Positions 10,396 to 19,958 of a stretch of DNA of 64,000 nucleotides are shown here, one piece after another. Numbering within the stretch: the stretch's first letter is position 1; each line of letters starts with the position of its first letter. The notes under the pieces are model-generated. The model saw only the letters and a list, made by a program, of their open reading frames with translations. It did no database searches and had not been told where the DNA came from. This stretch comes from an uncultured archaeon (GTDB taxonomy: Archaea; Asgardarchaeota; Heimdallarchaeia; Heimdallarchaeales; Kariarchaeaceae): assembly GCA_964645535.1 (NCBI GenBank), contig CAZYCQ010000006.1, forward strand, positions 1 to 64,000. The letters run 5' to 3'. The translations under genes were made by a program, and so were the position numbers.

Positions 10396-11922
10396 TTATT
10401 GAAGGTCATAGGTTCGAGTAGGTTTGAGATGCTCAAGAACCATTTTTTCCATTGTAAAGGGAGGAGAGGTATGAAGCATGTTGAGAGCTTCTGTGATCTT
10501 GGTTTCTGAATGGGCATTTATGGTGAGGATCGGCTCGCCTTTATGGACTAGCTCACCTCTTACCTTATGGATCACTATGCCAGCATACTTATCTTTGGGA
10601 GCCCCTGCTGCGCGGGCAATTAGTCCGATGTTATAGGAATCAAGAGCATATATCTTGTCATCAGATTCCGAATAAACGGTGTACGAATAATCAGCCTCAG
10701 GAATTTGGTCGCTTGTGATTTCAGGGTCTCCTCCTTGGGCTTCAACAATTTCCCTGAATTTTTCCAAAGCTTTTCCGGATTGGAGAATTTCGGTGGCCAT
10801 TTCAACACCTGCACCTGCTTCGGCTCGGTTCACCATTTCAAAAATTATTCCTGCCAGGGAAAGAGCTTTTCTTCTAAGGTTTAGAGCACCATTCTTCCCT
10901 TCGAGTATCATCAAGGCTTCCTTCATTTCAAGTGCAGGACCGATCATGGTTCCGATAGGAGTGTCTCCTGGTGAAATGACCGCCTCAATTTGGAGATCTA
11001 AATTGTTTCCGATTGAAGCGAACTGATAAGCCAATTTTCTGGCATCCTCTCGGTTCGGAAGTTTTGATCCTTTTCCCGTGGGCAGATCTATAAGGACATA
11101 TTGGGAACCTGCTGCTTTTTTCTTCGAGAGGATGGATGCAATCATCATTTCTCGAGGATCTATCTTGACTTGCTTTACTACCCTCAAGAATTTATCGGCC
11201 ACATCACCCAACCCAATTTTCATTCCATCAACCATGCACCCGTTGGTTTTTTCGATTACCTTTGTTACTTCATCCAAGGTAAGTTCTACCGGCATAATGG
11301 TTTCGAGGGCATCGGAAGTCCCCGCGGGAGAAGTAATCGCTCTAGTGGAGACTTTGGGGATTGTCAATCCGGCTGCCGCAATGATCGGTACCATTATTGG
11401 GGTAATGCGGTTACCTGCAATACCACCAATGGAGTGTTTATCGACAATGGGTTCACGTTTCAGTCTAAGCTTGTTGCTATGTTCAAGAATGGCTTCCGCA
11501 ACCGTAGTTGTTTCTTCAATGCTCATTCCGTTAATTTCAACGGCAGTACCGAAGGTGGCAATATGAGGATCCGCAACATATCCATAATCAATAGCAGCCA
11601 TGAATTCCCGGATTTCTGGTGGTTCCAATGTTTTTCTTGCCATCTTTTTCCTGACGATTTTCGAGAAATGTTCAAGTCCGATTTCTTCAATTTCTACAGT
11701 ATCTCCTTCCTGAATCCCCAAATCATTTGCAATTGTGGGAGAAATTATTGCCTTCCCTTTACTCACACTGGATGAGGACATTAGCCTGAATCCTTGGTTT
11801 TTTGTTTTCAACTTGACCAGTGTTCCTTCATTCATTTCAATTTCATCAAGTGTTTCGGGGTTGGTAATAAGATAATTTGGAGAACCCCCTACTAAATCCA
11901 TCAACTTAATCTCAAATTTCAT
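10396..11922 (-). CDS. deoA: AMP phosphorylase (archaeal thymidine phosphorylase family)
   Basis: DKHSIGGIAGN, PKVSTRAITSPAGTSD, SILSKKKAAG; N-terminal extension typical of AMPpase. Confidence 0.92.
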   Translation of the reverse strand: MKFEIKLMDLVGGSPNYLITNPETLDEIEMNEGTLVKLKTKNQGFRLMSSSSVSKGKAIISPTIANDLGIQEGDTVEIEEIGLEHFSKIVRKKMARKTLEPPEIREFMAAIDYGYVADPHIATFGTAVEINGMSIEETTTVAEAILEHSNKLRLKREPIVDKHSIGGIAGNRITPIMVPIIAAAGLTIPKVSTRAITSPAGTSDALETIMPVELTLDEVTKVIEKTNGCMVDGMKIGLGDVADKFLRVVKQVKIDPREMMIASILSKKKAAGSQYVLIDLPTGKGSKLPNREDARKLAYQFASIGNNLDLQIEAVISPGDTPIGTMIGPALEMKEALMILEGKNGALNLRRKALSLAGIIFEMVNRAEAGAGVEMATEILQSGKALEKFREIVEAQGGDPEITSDQIPEADYSYTVYSESDDKIYALDSYNIGLIARAAGAPKDKYAGIVIHKVRGELVHKGEPILTINAHSETKITEALNMLHTSPPFTMEKMVLEHLKPTRTYDLQ

Positions 11923-12046
11923 CTAAAATCACCTGTTGTTTTAAACGAATATCGCACTACTGGTTAAAACAATTTACTTAGGAACTTTACCTGTCATTCA
12001 ATTTGATAATGATTATTATGGCAATTACTTTAACTTAAGTAGGATT

Positions 12047-15000
12047 TCAATGTCTCTTTCTTTTAATTGCAACAAGGGTTATAGGTAAGGCAAACATTGC
12101 GACTGCTGCAAGACCTTCATAACCGACAAAGGCAGAACCAGGTCTTGAGGTGACGGCTGGTGCAGAGGATGAGATTTCACCTCCTCCGGAGGATGAGGCA
12201 AAGATTGCACCACTGGATGAATATGCCGAGGATGACCCCTGCTCGGTAGCAGAAGCTTCACTTTGTTCTTGGGCGGCTGCAGAAGCTGCCAAGTTGAAGA
12301 GGAAGGATCCGCCAACCTGTCCGGGAGCTGCTGCGGCAACACCAGTTCGAGGCTGGTCACCGAGAGATGATTGACCTGGCATCTCAAAGGTTGCAACAGC
12401 AGATGGCAAAGTGCCGCTATCACCCTTCAATTGAAGTTCGAGGGTAATGGTGATGCTTTCACCCACTCCAATAGGAGTAGAGTCGAGCTTCACATAGATT
12501 GAGTCAAGGAAGGTCAAGGATTCAAGTGTACCTGTCGTGCTTGAAGAACTGAGCAGATCAAATTCAGATGTAGGAATTGTCTGGAAGGCAGTGACATTGG
12601 TCGGTGCCTCACCTACATTTGTAAGGGTAATGGAGTAGGTGAACTTACCATCTGCATCAGGAGTGGTTGTAGAAGTTGTAACTTCGATTCTTGGTTCAGG
12701 TACGGCAGGTTTAGCGGAATTGTCAGCCGGCAAGAGCAGACCACCTGTCAGGGTGGAGGTGACAAAATGCTTGCTTTCACCACCATATTGATATTGAGTG
12801 ACTCCTTTATCAAAGAAGTCTGTCACCGCTGGTGGCGCCTGACCTTTTTCAGAAACAAATTCGACCACTCCAAAGACTGGATGATATCCAATGAAGGAAT
12901 TGGCGGTAACAGTCACACTGACCTCCTTGGATTCACCAGGAGCCAGAGAACCGACATTCAAATCTTCAAAGTTTTCAGGGGCAACAAAATTCCAGTCACG
13001 ACCCAACCTTGCGTGGAACAGGTGCACAATAACGTCGTCTGCCGTTGCATCACCATTGTTGGTGACATTGGCAATTATGGTGACCTCATCGCCTACTGTG
13101 AAGACCTGCTGATTGTTTGCAAATCGGACGGTAGCAGTCACGACTGCCTGATCATCAGCAAATTGGATGTTCTGTCCATTGGCCAGACCGAAGAATTCGA
13201 ACCCTTCAGTGTTCTCCCAAGTGAATGGCAAGCCAAAGGAAATGAAGACATCTCCAGTAGCTCCAGGAATTGGGCTATGGCTTGGGTCAATCTGGAATGA
13301 AAGTGGCATGCCATTGTAGTCTGCAAGGGCAAAAATATATTGCATCAATTCAAGATAGTCCCTTTGCTTTGATTCAAGAGTGAGGGTATTGTATGTAACT
13401 CCACCAGCAGTGGTCTCGCCTCTGTAAAGCGCCATTTGTGCAAATCGGTCATTTTGGGATGGCACATTGGAGATGTTGAATGAAAGGGAGGTTGTCAACC
13501 CTGCACCGAGTTCATCGATGTGGGCAACAAGGAAGGTCTGGTTGATCGTGTTTTCATCCAGCCCGACTGGTCTTTCTTCAATGGTAAAGTCTCCGGCATT
13601 TAGCTGGAAAAGATCAACCCTTTCATAGTAGGCATCCCTTGCGGCCAGATATGTTGCGTTCAGGGCGGCAGGAATTGCATTCTTGATGGCGTCAACCAAA
13701 TTCGGGATATCACTCGGTTGGGTTACACTTACGCCATCAGCTGCGGGAACTATGAAGTTGTATACAGCATCCACAGCAGATTGTGGAGCACCGTCAGGCA
13801 TAACGACGGAAAGGTTCAAGCTGGCAACTCCAAAGTCCACATATTTGAGTTCAATAAGGGTGGACGTATTCCAATCCACAAGATTGGAGGTGTTGGCATC
13901 CACATACCATCCATTAAGGGAAAGGAAGTTGAAGTTGACGTCATTTACACCAGGGATATTCTGAGCATCCATTGAAATGTTGAACTGGGTGGAAAAGCTT
14001 TCATCTAGGTCGTAAGCCGGTTTGATTCTATACATGAACAGACCGGCATCTAGGATTCTCTGGATGTCTGGACCCAATGGAAGTGCCATATCAATATTTT
14101 TGGCTGTTGCCTGACCTGTATTGGTAAAATCATAGTTGAACTTGAGGACACCTTGGGTATTGAGCAGACCTTGATCAATAGAGAGTTTGCCTTCAACCAT
14201 GGGGAATTGGCGATCCATACCAATGTTATATGTGATCTGGTAATCTGATGCGGCATCTCCAAGCGAATATTCTGGCCGAGGATGTTTCACATCCCAGAAG
14301 GCGGTTCCGGTTACGTGAGGAAGTCTGTTTGAGGTGTCAGGAGTAATGGACAGTGGGGTGATAGGATATGGGACATTGATCCTGATTCGGCTCAAATCTG
14401 AATCAGATGCAGGATTCAAGTCCATACCCAAAATGCTCATTGTCGACAATGTCTTGGATCCGTCTGCATTGTCAACGATTCCATTCGGGTCGACAAAGAA
14501 ACCAGCTCTTGCAGGGATTTGATCGCCAGTTCCAAGTCTGAGCAATGCAAAGCCTGCACCTCGGATACCGGTTGTCGGGAACACGCCGAATGCGTCACTG
14601 AAACCGCCAGAACCTGCTGCTTGAACATCAGCGAGAACCTGATTTACAGCAGAGTCATTACCTCCAGAAAAGGCAAAATAAATACCTCCAGGTCCAGACA
14701 GTCCATAAATCATGGTCATCGAGATTCCATATTCTGCTTCCACAGCAGCTTTTGCTTGAAATGCTGCGGAAACAGCAGAAGTTGTACCCAAGGAGCTCGG
14801 GTACACAATCTGCAAATTCACACCGTCTGGAAGTGGAACTGGATCTCTGGTCAGATAATTCTCAACACCAGATTGATTGATCCCGTACACTATCCAAGCA
14901 AGTGCATCAGAAAAACCGCTAGCTGTCGGTGAAATACCTGATGGATAGGAAAATGTACCTCCATAGATATGAACACCGACGAGTGCGGAAGAACCGATTC

Positions 15001-15172
15001 CAGCCGTGAATGTTGCATATTCCAACTTGATATCAGTCACTATGTCCGTCTGATCCAATCTAGGTGCGGATTGTGGTGGAGCAGCCATTGGTGTTGTGAT
15101 CATTATCAGCACAAGCCAAAAAGCTGCAAGAATTGTAAAATTAGTTTTGAAAGTCTTCATTGTAGACCTCAC
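12047..15172 (-). CDS. Large cell-surface glycoprotein (S-layer-like) with CARDB/Ig-like domains and C-terminal membrane anchor
   Basis: Signal peptide; CARDB-like VTNNGDATADDV...SLAPGESKEVSV; many N-x-S/T sequons; Ser/Ala-rich linker, GYE plus TM and basic tail KRKRH. Confidence 0.8.
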   Translation of the reverse strand: MRSTMKTFKTNFTILAAFWLVLIMITTPMAAPPQSAPRLDQTDIVTDIKLEYATFTAGIGSSALVGVHIYGGTFSYPSGISPTASGFSDALAWIVYGINQSGVENYLTRDPVPLPDGVNLQIVYPSSLGTTSAVSAAFQAKAAVEAEYGISMTMIYGLSGPGGIYFAFSGGNDSAVNQVLADVQAAGSGGFSDAFGVFPTTGIRGAGFALLRLGTGDQIPARAGFFVDPNGIVDNADGSKTLSTMSILGMDLNPASDSDLSRIRINVPYPITPLSITPDTSNRLPHVTGTAFWDVKHPRPEYSLGDAASDYQITYNIGMDRQFPMVEGKLSIDQGLLNTQGVLKFNYDFTNTGQATAKNIDMALPLGPDIQRILDAGLFMYRIKPAYDLDESFSTQFNISMDAQNIPGVNDVNFNFLSLNGWYVDANTSNLVDWNTSTLIELKYVDFGVASLNLSVVMPDGAPQSAVDAVYNFIVPAADGVSVTQPSDIPNLVDAIKNAIPAALNATYLAARDAYYERVDLFQLNAGDFTIEERPVGLDENTINQTFLVAHIDELGAGLTTSLSFNISNVPSQNDRFAQMALYRGETTAGGVTYNTLTLESKQRDYLELMQYIFALADYNGMPLSFQIDPSHSPIPGATGDVFISFGLPFTWENTEGFEFFGLANGQNIQFADDQAVVTATVRFANNQQVFTVGDEVTIIANVTNNGDATADDVIVHLFHARLGRDWNFVAPENFEDLNVGSLAPGESKEVSVTVTANSFIGYHPVFGVVEFVSEKGQAPPAVTDFFDKGVTQYQYGGESKHFVTSTLTGGLLLPADNSAKPAVPEPRIEVTTSTTTPDADGKFTYSITLTNVGEAPTNVTAFQTIPTSEFDLLSSSSTTGTLESLTFLDSIYVKLDSTPIGVGESITITLELQLKGDSGTLPSAVATFEMPGQSSLGDQPRTGVAAAAPGQVGGSFLFNLAASAAAQEQSEASATEQGSSSAYSSSGAIFASSSGGGEISSSAPAVTSRPGSAFVGYEGLAAVAMFALPITLVAIKRKRH

Positions 15173-15269
15173 CGTTGAATTGGTTAGCTACATTAAACAA
15201 CGTTTTACTGCTATTTATATGTATATGAATGGCTTAGACTTAGAGGTTCTCAAGGAGACACAGAATAAT

Positions 15270-16298
15270 TCATTGGGAATTTGGGGATAACATTCTACTT
15301 GCGGCTTTTTTCAATCGGTTCATGATTGCAAGCCCCTCTGCATGACTTTCAACTTCCTCAACATAGGCCTTGGTGACAGGAAGGTGATCAATGTTTCGCA
15401 GATTTGAGAAAAGGTTTCTCTGAATCTCTTCCAATGATTTGCCCAACAAAACAGTGTGAATTTCAGGGTCATGTGAATGCAAGGGATTTGAACACAATAA
15501 GACGATCCGTTGATTTTCAGCAAGCAAAATCTTATCGACTTGCTCTTCCTTTTCAAAACCTACTAGAAGTATTAGTTCTTTCCTTGGAGCATAATGGGGA
15601 TAGCGTGTTCCAGGAGATAGCCTTTCCAATTCCCGATCTACTTTCACCTCTAAGTTCGGGATTATTTTGAGAAGCTGTTCTTTAGTGATTCCACCGGGTC
15701 TAAGGAGTGTGGGTGGATGCGAGACAAGACTGATCACAGTAGATTCCACGCCCACCTGAGTTGCACCACCATCAATAACTAGGGGGATTCTTCCTTCCAA
15801 ATCTTCAATCACATGACTTGCACTTGTTGGGCTCGGTCTTCCAGAAAGGTTGGCGCTTGGAGCTGCAATCGGTCTTTGAGACAAGGTGATTAGTGCTTGA
15901 GCAACAGGGTGGTTTGGCGACCTAATTGCCACAGTATCCAAACCTTTTGTGACCATATCGGAAATGTATTCCGATCGTTTGAGAACTAGAGTCAATGGGC
16001 CGGGCCAAAATTTATCGATCAACTGTTTTGCGATTTCAGGCAGATCATCAACACATTTTTTCAGCATATCCATTCCAACAACATGAACTATCAGGGGATT
16101 ATCTGATGGGCGTTCCTTTGCCATGAAGATCTTTTCTATTGCCTTGGCATTTGTCGCATCCGCTCCCAAACCATAAACAGTCTCAGTTGGAAAAGCTACA
16201 ATCTCCCCCTTTCTGATCAATTCTGCGGCCTCTTGCAGCTCATCAGGATTGAATGAGCCGGGATTGACGGTTAGTATCTTGGTTTGATATTCTTTCAA
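15270..16298 (-). CDS. sua5: Threonylcarbamoyl-AMP synthase Sua5
   Basis: VAFPTETVYGLGA, KERPSDNPLIVH, APSANLSG, C-terminal SUA5 domain with HYAP. Confidence 0.96.
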   Translation of the reverse strand: MKEYQTKILTVNPGSFNPDELQEAAELIRKGEIVAFPTETVYGLGADATNAKAIEKIFMAKERPSDNPLIVHVVGMDMLKKCVDDLPEIAKQLIDKFWPGPLTLVLKRSEYISDMVTKGLDTVAIRSPNHPVAQALITLSQRPIAAPSANLSGRPSPTSASHVIEDLEGRIPLVIDGGATQVGVESTVISLVSHPPTLLRPGGITKEQLLKIIPNLEVKVDRELERLSPGTRYPHYAPRKELILLVGFEKEEQVDKILLAENQRIVLLCSNPLHSHDPEIHTVLLGKSLEEIQRNLFSNLRNIDHLPVTKAYVEEVESHAEGLAIMNRLKKAASRMLSPNSQ

Positions 16299-16384
16299 TC
16301 GAAATAAATTGTGATTTCTTGAAATATTAGATTCTTCATTGTGTCATCATATTCGCGGAAAGGGATAGTTTAAAGGGGATTAAA

Positions 16385-17176
16385 ATGGAAAGTCTGATTA
16401 TGAGGCGGTTTTGGGGGAAAAGAAAAGAAGAAGAAACCCTTGTTGCGCCAAATCTCGAAGTTTTCAGTGCATGGATCCGTTTTGTTGTAGATTCCTTCAA
16501 ACTCAAAGAAGGAAATTATACCTTGGCGGCAGGGTTAGGAGGATTTTTGCTGTTTATCAAACAGGAAGGAATCATTTGGGTTCCGTATTCCTTCGTTAAA
16601 AACAAGATGAAAAAGCTGGAAACTAAGGATTTGGCCATGCCAACTGCGATCGGTTCGGGAATCGCGTTGGTCAGCATTCTGCATTTTCCTTTAGCAACGA
16701 TTTTCCTCATAAACATCACTTTGAAGAAAATCTACCCAAAGTTTCTGGTTCGGCCACCTCGAACAGTCAAGCGTTATCTGACTTCAGAGATCACAGGCAT
16801 TTCAATTGAGCTGATATCCATTCAAAAGTGGAAAACTGCTTTCGAACGAGATGAATCCACAAAGGAAACCCCATTTGAGGAAGAGTTTATTATTAAAAGG
16901 ATAGAAAAGCTGGAAATTACCTTGGATTTGTACAGAGCTGTCCAGAAAGTAGAGGACAAGACAAATCTTGCCCTTCGGGTACGCATTGAATCCCTTTTTG
17001 GAGATTATTCCCGTTCCATGCTTGAGAAGATCACAAAATTCGTCAAGTCCCTTCTTACAGAACATGAGCCTGATGAATTCCTTTTTCCTTTCCAACCCAA
17101 CCTATTGATTTTTTTTGGTGATTTAGAGAGAAATGGAATCCCAATCAACTTCAAAAATTCATTGGAAAGCTCGTAA
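16385..17176 (+). CDS. Hypothetical membrane-associated protein
   Basis: 263-aa ORF with one or two hydrophobic segments; no motif recognised. Confidence 0.6.
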   Translation: MESLIMRRFWGKRKEEETLVAPNLEVFSAWIRFVVDSFKLKEGNYTLAAGLGGFLLFIKQEGIIWVPYSFVKNKMKKLETKDLAMPTAIGSGIALVSILHFPLATIFLINITLKKIYPKFLVRPPRTVKRYLTSEITGISIELISIQKWKTAFERDESTKETPFEEEFIIKRIEKLEITLDLYRAVQKVEDKTNLALRVRIESLFGDYSRSMLEKITKFVKSLLTEHEPDEFLFPFQPNLLIFFGDLERNGIPINFKNSLESS

Positions 17177-17632
17177 AATCACTTCAAGCTGATGGAGAAG
17201 ATCAATCATTTCCTTGAAATTCTTTTCCCCTAATTTCTCTTGGATTTCATTTTGAACTTCCATCCAAAAGGGGAACGCTTTTTGCAAGGCAAGTTCACCT
17301 TTTGCAGTGATCTTCACAGATTTACGGGTTCGCTTGTCTGGATCAGGAATCAATTGAACAAGATCTTGATTTTCAAGTACTCTAAGATTCCTTGATAGAG
17401 TTGAATTGTCCATTGCCATGGATTCTCCGATTTCACTTAAGGAGGGAGCGCCCTTCTCTTCTTCCCGCAATCCATCTATGGTCAATAAGAGGGCAAGTTG
17501 ATTAATATTGATTCCTGAAGGTTTGAGCCTGTTGTCGTAGACTCTCGTGATCAACCTTGAAACCTTGCGTAAATTAGTGCACATACATGAATTAACGAGA
17601 GTCAAGGAGTTTACCGATGCCATTTGGTTCAA
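17159..17632 (-). CDS. MarR family transcriptional regulator
   Basis: CxCxNLRKxSR..TRVYD N-terminus; HTH MDNSTLSRNLRVLE; wing DKRTRKSVKIT. Confidence 0.9.
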   Translation of the reverse strand: MNQMASVNSLTLVNSCMCTNLRKVSRLITRVYDNRLKPSGININQLALLLTIDGLREEEKGAPSLSEIGESMAMDNSTLSRNLRVLENQDLVQLIPDPDKRTRKSVKITAKGELALQKAFPFWMEVQNEIQEKLGEKNFKEMIDLLHQLEVILRAFQ

Positions 17633-17646
17633 CTATTGCTAGTTTT

Positions 17647-17871
17647 TCAGGTTCTTAATGCTTTGTTTGGGCAAGTGCTGATTCCCAACAAAGAATAGAG
17701 GGGACAGAATTTGATGGCCGCAGTTACCAATGGGATCAATGAGAAGACCATCAGGCCAATCCCCAATCCAGAGTTTCCACCCTGGAAGGTCAAAAAGCCC
17801 CAAACAAGGAGCCCAATTCCAATTACAAATCGAATTACTCGATCAACGGTTCCAACATTTACTTCTACCAT
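17647..17871 (-). CDS. DUF2892 (YgaP-like) small membrane protein
   Basis: NVGTVDRVIR...two TMs...FCPLYSLLGISTC; GAGGTGA Shine-Dalgarno just before the ATG at 17871. Confidence 0.9.
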   Translation of the reverse strand: MVEVNVGTVDRVIRFVIGIGLLVWGFLTFQGGNSGLGIGLMVFSLIPLVTAAIKFCPLYSLLGISTCPNKALRT

Positions 17872-17891
17872 GTCTTTCACCTCAGTGTTGT

Positions 17892-17931
17892 TGTATATAC
17901 ATTAGTTGTATATACAATATTTGTATATACA
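17892..17931. promoter_or_regulatory. Triple palindromic operator (TGTATATACA x3), probable MarR binding site
   Basis: Perfect palindromes at 17892, 17907 and 17922 (15-bp period) directly upstream of the DUF2892-marR operon. Confidence 0.75.
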
Positions 17932-17984
17932 TTGATTGGTATAAGAATTTCGGTAGGGGCAAAAGGAATCGATTAAGGTTCATT

Positions 17985-19913
17985 TCAAGAGGTCATCCAA
18001 GTCACTGCATTTAGGAAAAGGCGTAAGGAGGTGGTTCCAATTTCATAAGGAGAGGCAATTTTATCGTTGGTAAGGGAATGATAGCCGGAAAAAACTACAA
18101 ACTTGCCACCATTCACTTCCCCTGCAATTCCAATACTTGAAGTGACAGTATAGGATCCGAAAAAATCCGTAACCGTATATGTCACATGACCAAATTCGAC
18201 CAATGAAGTTGAATCCGTCTCGACTCCATAACCACTGGCAGATATGCTTGAAACACCATCGGTGACAGGGTGCGGTTCTAAGTCCGTCACAGTCATTGGA
18301 GAGGAATCTTCGGCAAATTTTCGATCCAAATAGACATCAATGTTGGACAGTCCATCATTCAGAGCTTTAAAATTCGGTTCAACTGAAGCATCCAAAACAA
18401 TGAACAAATTACCACCATTCAACAAATAGTCGATATACTGTTGAAATTTGCTTGAATTGAAATTGCTGAAAGTAGTTAAGGAATCTCCTTCAGAGGTAGA
18501 ACCTGGTTGGATCAGAACGACTACATCATATGAATTGAGTGATTTCGTATCCAAGGATTTTTGGGTAAAGGTTGTCAGGACCCCATTGTTCCTTAGACCG
18601 AGATTCAAATCCCATAATTGACCATAATCGAAATTCACCCCATTAACTGAAAAAGAGTTATCTATGAGGATTGATTTTTCATAAGAGCCTATGACCTCAA
18701 AGGAAAAGGTGAGGTTTCTTCCTCGTTGTGGAGTGATGGTGAAGCTATACCAACCTGTTGATGCATTTTCAGGCACCGAGACCACGGCAGTCAACTTGGA
18801 TCCCCAATTTTTCATAGGATCCATTGTAAGTATTGTGAAAGCAGAGGCATTACCGGTTACCATCAAATCTGGAGGGTCAGGAGCGATATTGCTTGTAACT
18901 ACTTTCCAAGATACATTGAATGTTTCGCCTTGGAATCGTGGAATGGTATCATGCATCCCGCCAAAAATATAAGTTGAATTGAGAAAGCTTCTCCAATCAT
19001 CCGGCAAGGGAGATTCAATGATATCTCGAACCTGTCCCCACCCCAGTCTCTGATCAAATTTGTTTGCAAGATATCCAGAAGAATACCGAACCATAAGGCT
19101 TTGTACCATTCTTGGTGATGGAATGATATTGTTCTCAAGAAGGAATTCGCGATAATTTGCTGCGTAACCGGTGATGATGGGGGTTGAGAAAGAAGTTCCT
19201 CTAAGCAGTTTATCAGCAGGAGGACTTCCATCTGCCACAAAATCCGTGGTAAAGGTTCCAAAGACATTCCTACCCCAAGATGAGAAAGAATAGCTCTGAT
19301 TTGTCAAGAGATTGATTGCTCCCACGCCGATGGTTGAGGGAAGGATGGCAGGCCATTCACCGAGTCCAGTGGAATCTGAGGATATTGACCCGTCATTGCC
19401 TACAGAGACAGAAAAGATGATTCCCTTTTCCTCAACATATTTTGTTATGATATCTTCGAGATCAGGTGAAAGAATGGGTAGGGTTCCGATAGAAATGTTA
19501 ATGACATGTGCCTTGATTGTTTCGGCAGCCCATTCAATAGCGCTAAAGAATCCTTTGAAGGTTATTTCACCCGTTGAACCTGCAATTTTAGCAGAAAACA
19601 ATCGAGCGTCAGGGGCAATTCGATGAACAATATCACAGACATATTTTCCATGCCCCACACCATCATATGGCTGAATTTCTCCGTAAAGATAGTTGTTTTC
19701 GACAGTAACGAAATTTTGGAAGACCTCGACAAACGTTTGGTCACTTCCGCAACCGGAATCAATTATTGCAATTCGAGTTATTGTATCATCATTCAGGTCA
19801 ATGGGGGTCTCATCTTGATTTGGATTGGTAAGCAATGAAAGGAAGAAAGTGGAAAGCAACAGTAATATAATGCCTATTGCGATGAACAAGATCGCGATTT
19901 TCAACCTAGCCAT
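17985..19913 (-). CDS. S8 subtilase with N-terminal anchor and C-terminal DUF4350/GATase-like domain
   Basis: IAIIDSG (Asp), GVGHGKYV (His), VGNDG (Asn), GTSFSTP (Ser); C-terminal YDVVVL...GGNLFI module. Confidence 0.85.
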   Translation of the reverse strand: MARLKIAILFIAIGIILLLLSTFFLSLLTNPNQDETPIDLNDDTITRIAIIDSGCGSDQTFVEVFQNFVTVENNYLYGEIQPYDGVGHGKYVCDIVHRIAPDARLFSAKIAGSTGEITFKGFFSAIEWAAETIKAHVINISIGTLPILSPDLEDIITKYVEEKGIIFSVSVGNDGSISSDSTGLGEWPAILPSTIGVGAINLLTNQSYSFSSWGRNVFGTFTTDFVADGSPPADKLLRGTSFSTPIITGYAANYREFLLENNIIPSPRMVQSLMVRYSSGYLANKFDQRLGWGQVRDIIESPLPDDWRSFLNSTYIFGGMHDTIPRFQGETFNVSWKVVTSNIAPDPPDLMVTGNASAFTILTMDPMKNWGSKLTAVVSVPENASTGWYSFTITPQRGRNLTFSFEVIGSYEKSILIDNSFSVNGVNFDYGQLWDLNLGLRNNGVLTTFTQKSLDTKSLNSYDVVVLIQPGSTSEGDSLTTFSNFNSSKFQQYIDYLLNGGNLFIVLDASVEPNFKALNDGLSNIDVYLDRKFAEDSSPMTVTDLEPHPVTDGVSSISASGYGVETDSTSLVEFGHVTYTVTDFFGSYTVTSSIGIAGEVNGGKFVVFSGYHSLTNDKIASPYEIGTTSLRLFLNAVTWMTS

Positions 19914-19958
19914 TACTCAAATGAAGAATTTGGAGTTAATAAGGTCTGTTAAATTGGA

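Noticed and set aside
11078-11775. Long + strand ORFs (162 and 224 aa)
   Set aside because: Antisense shadows of AMP phosphorylase.
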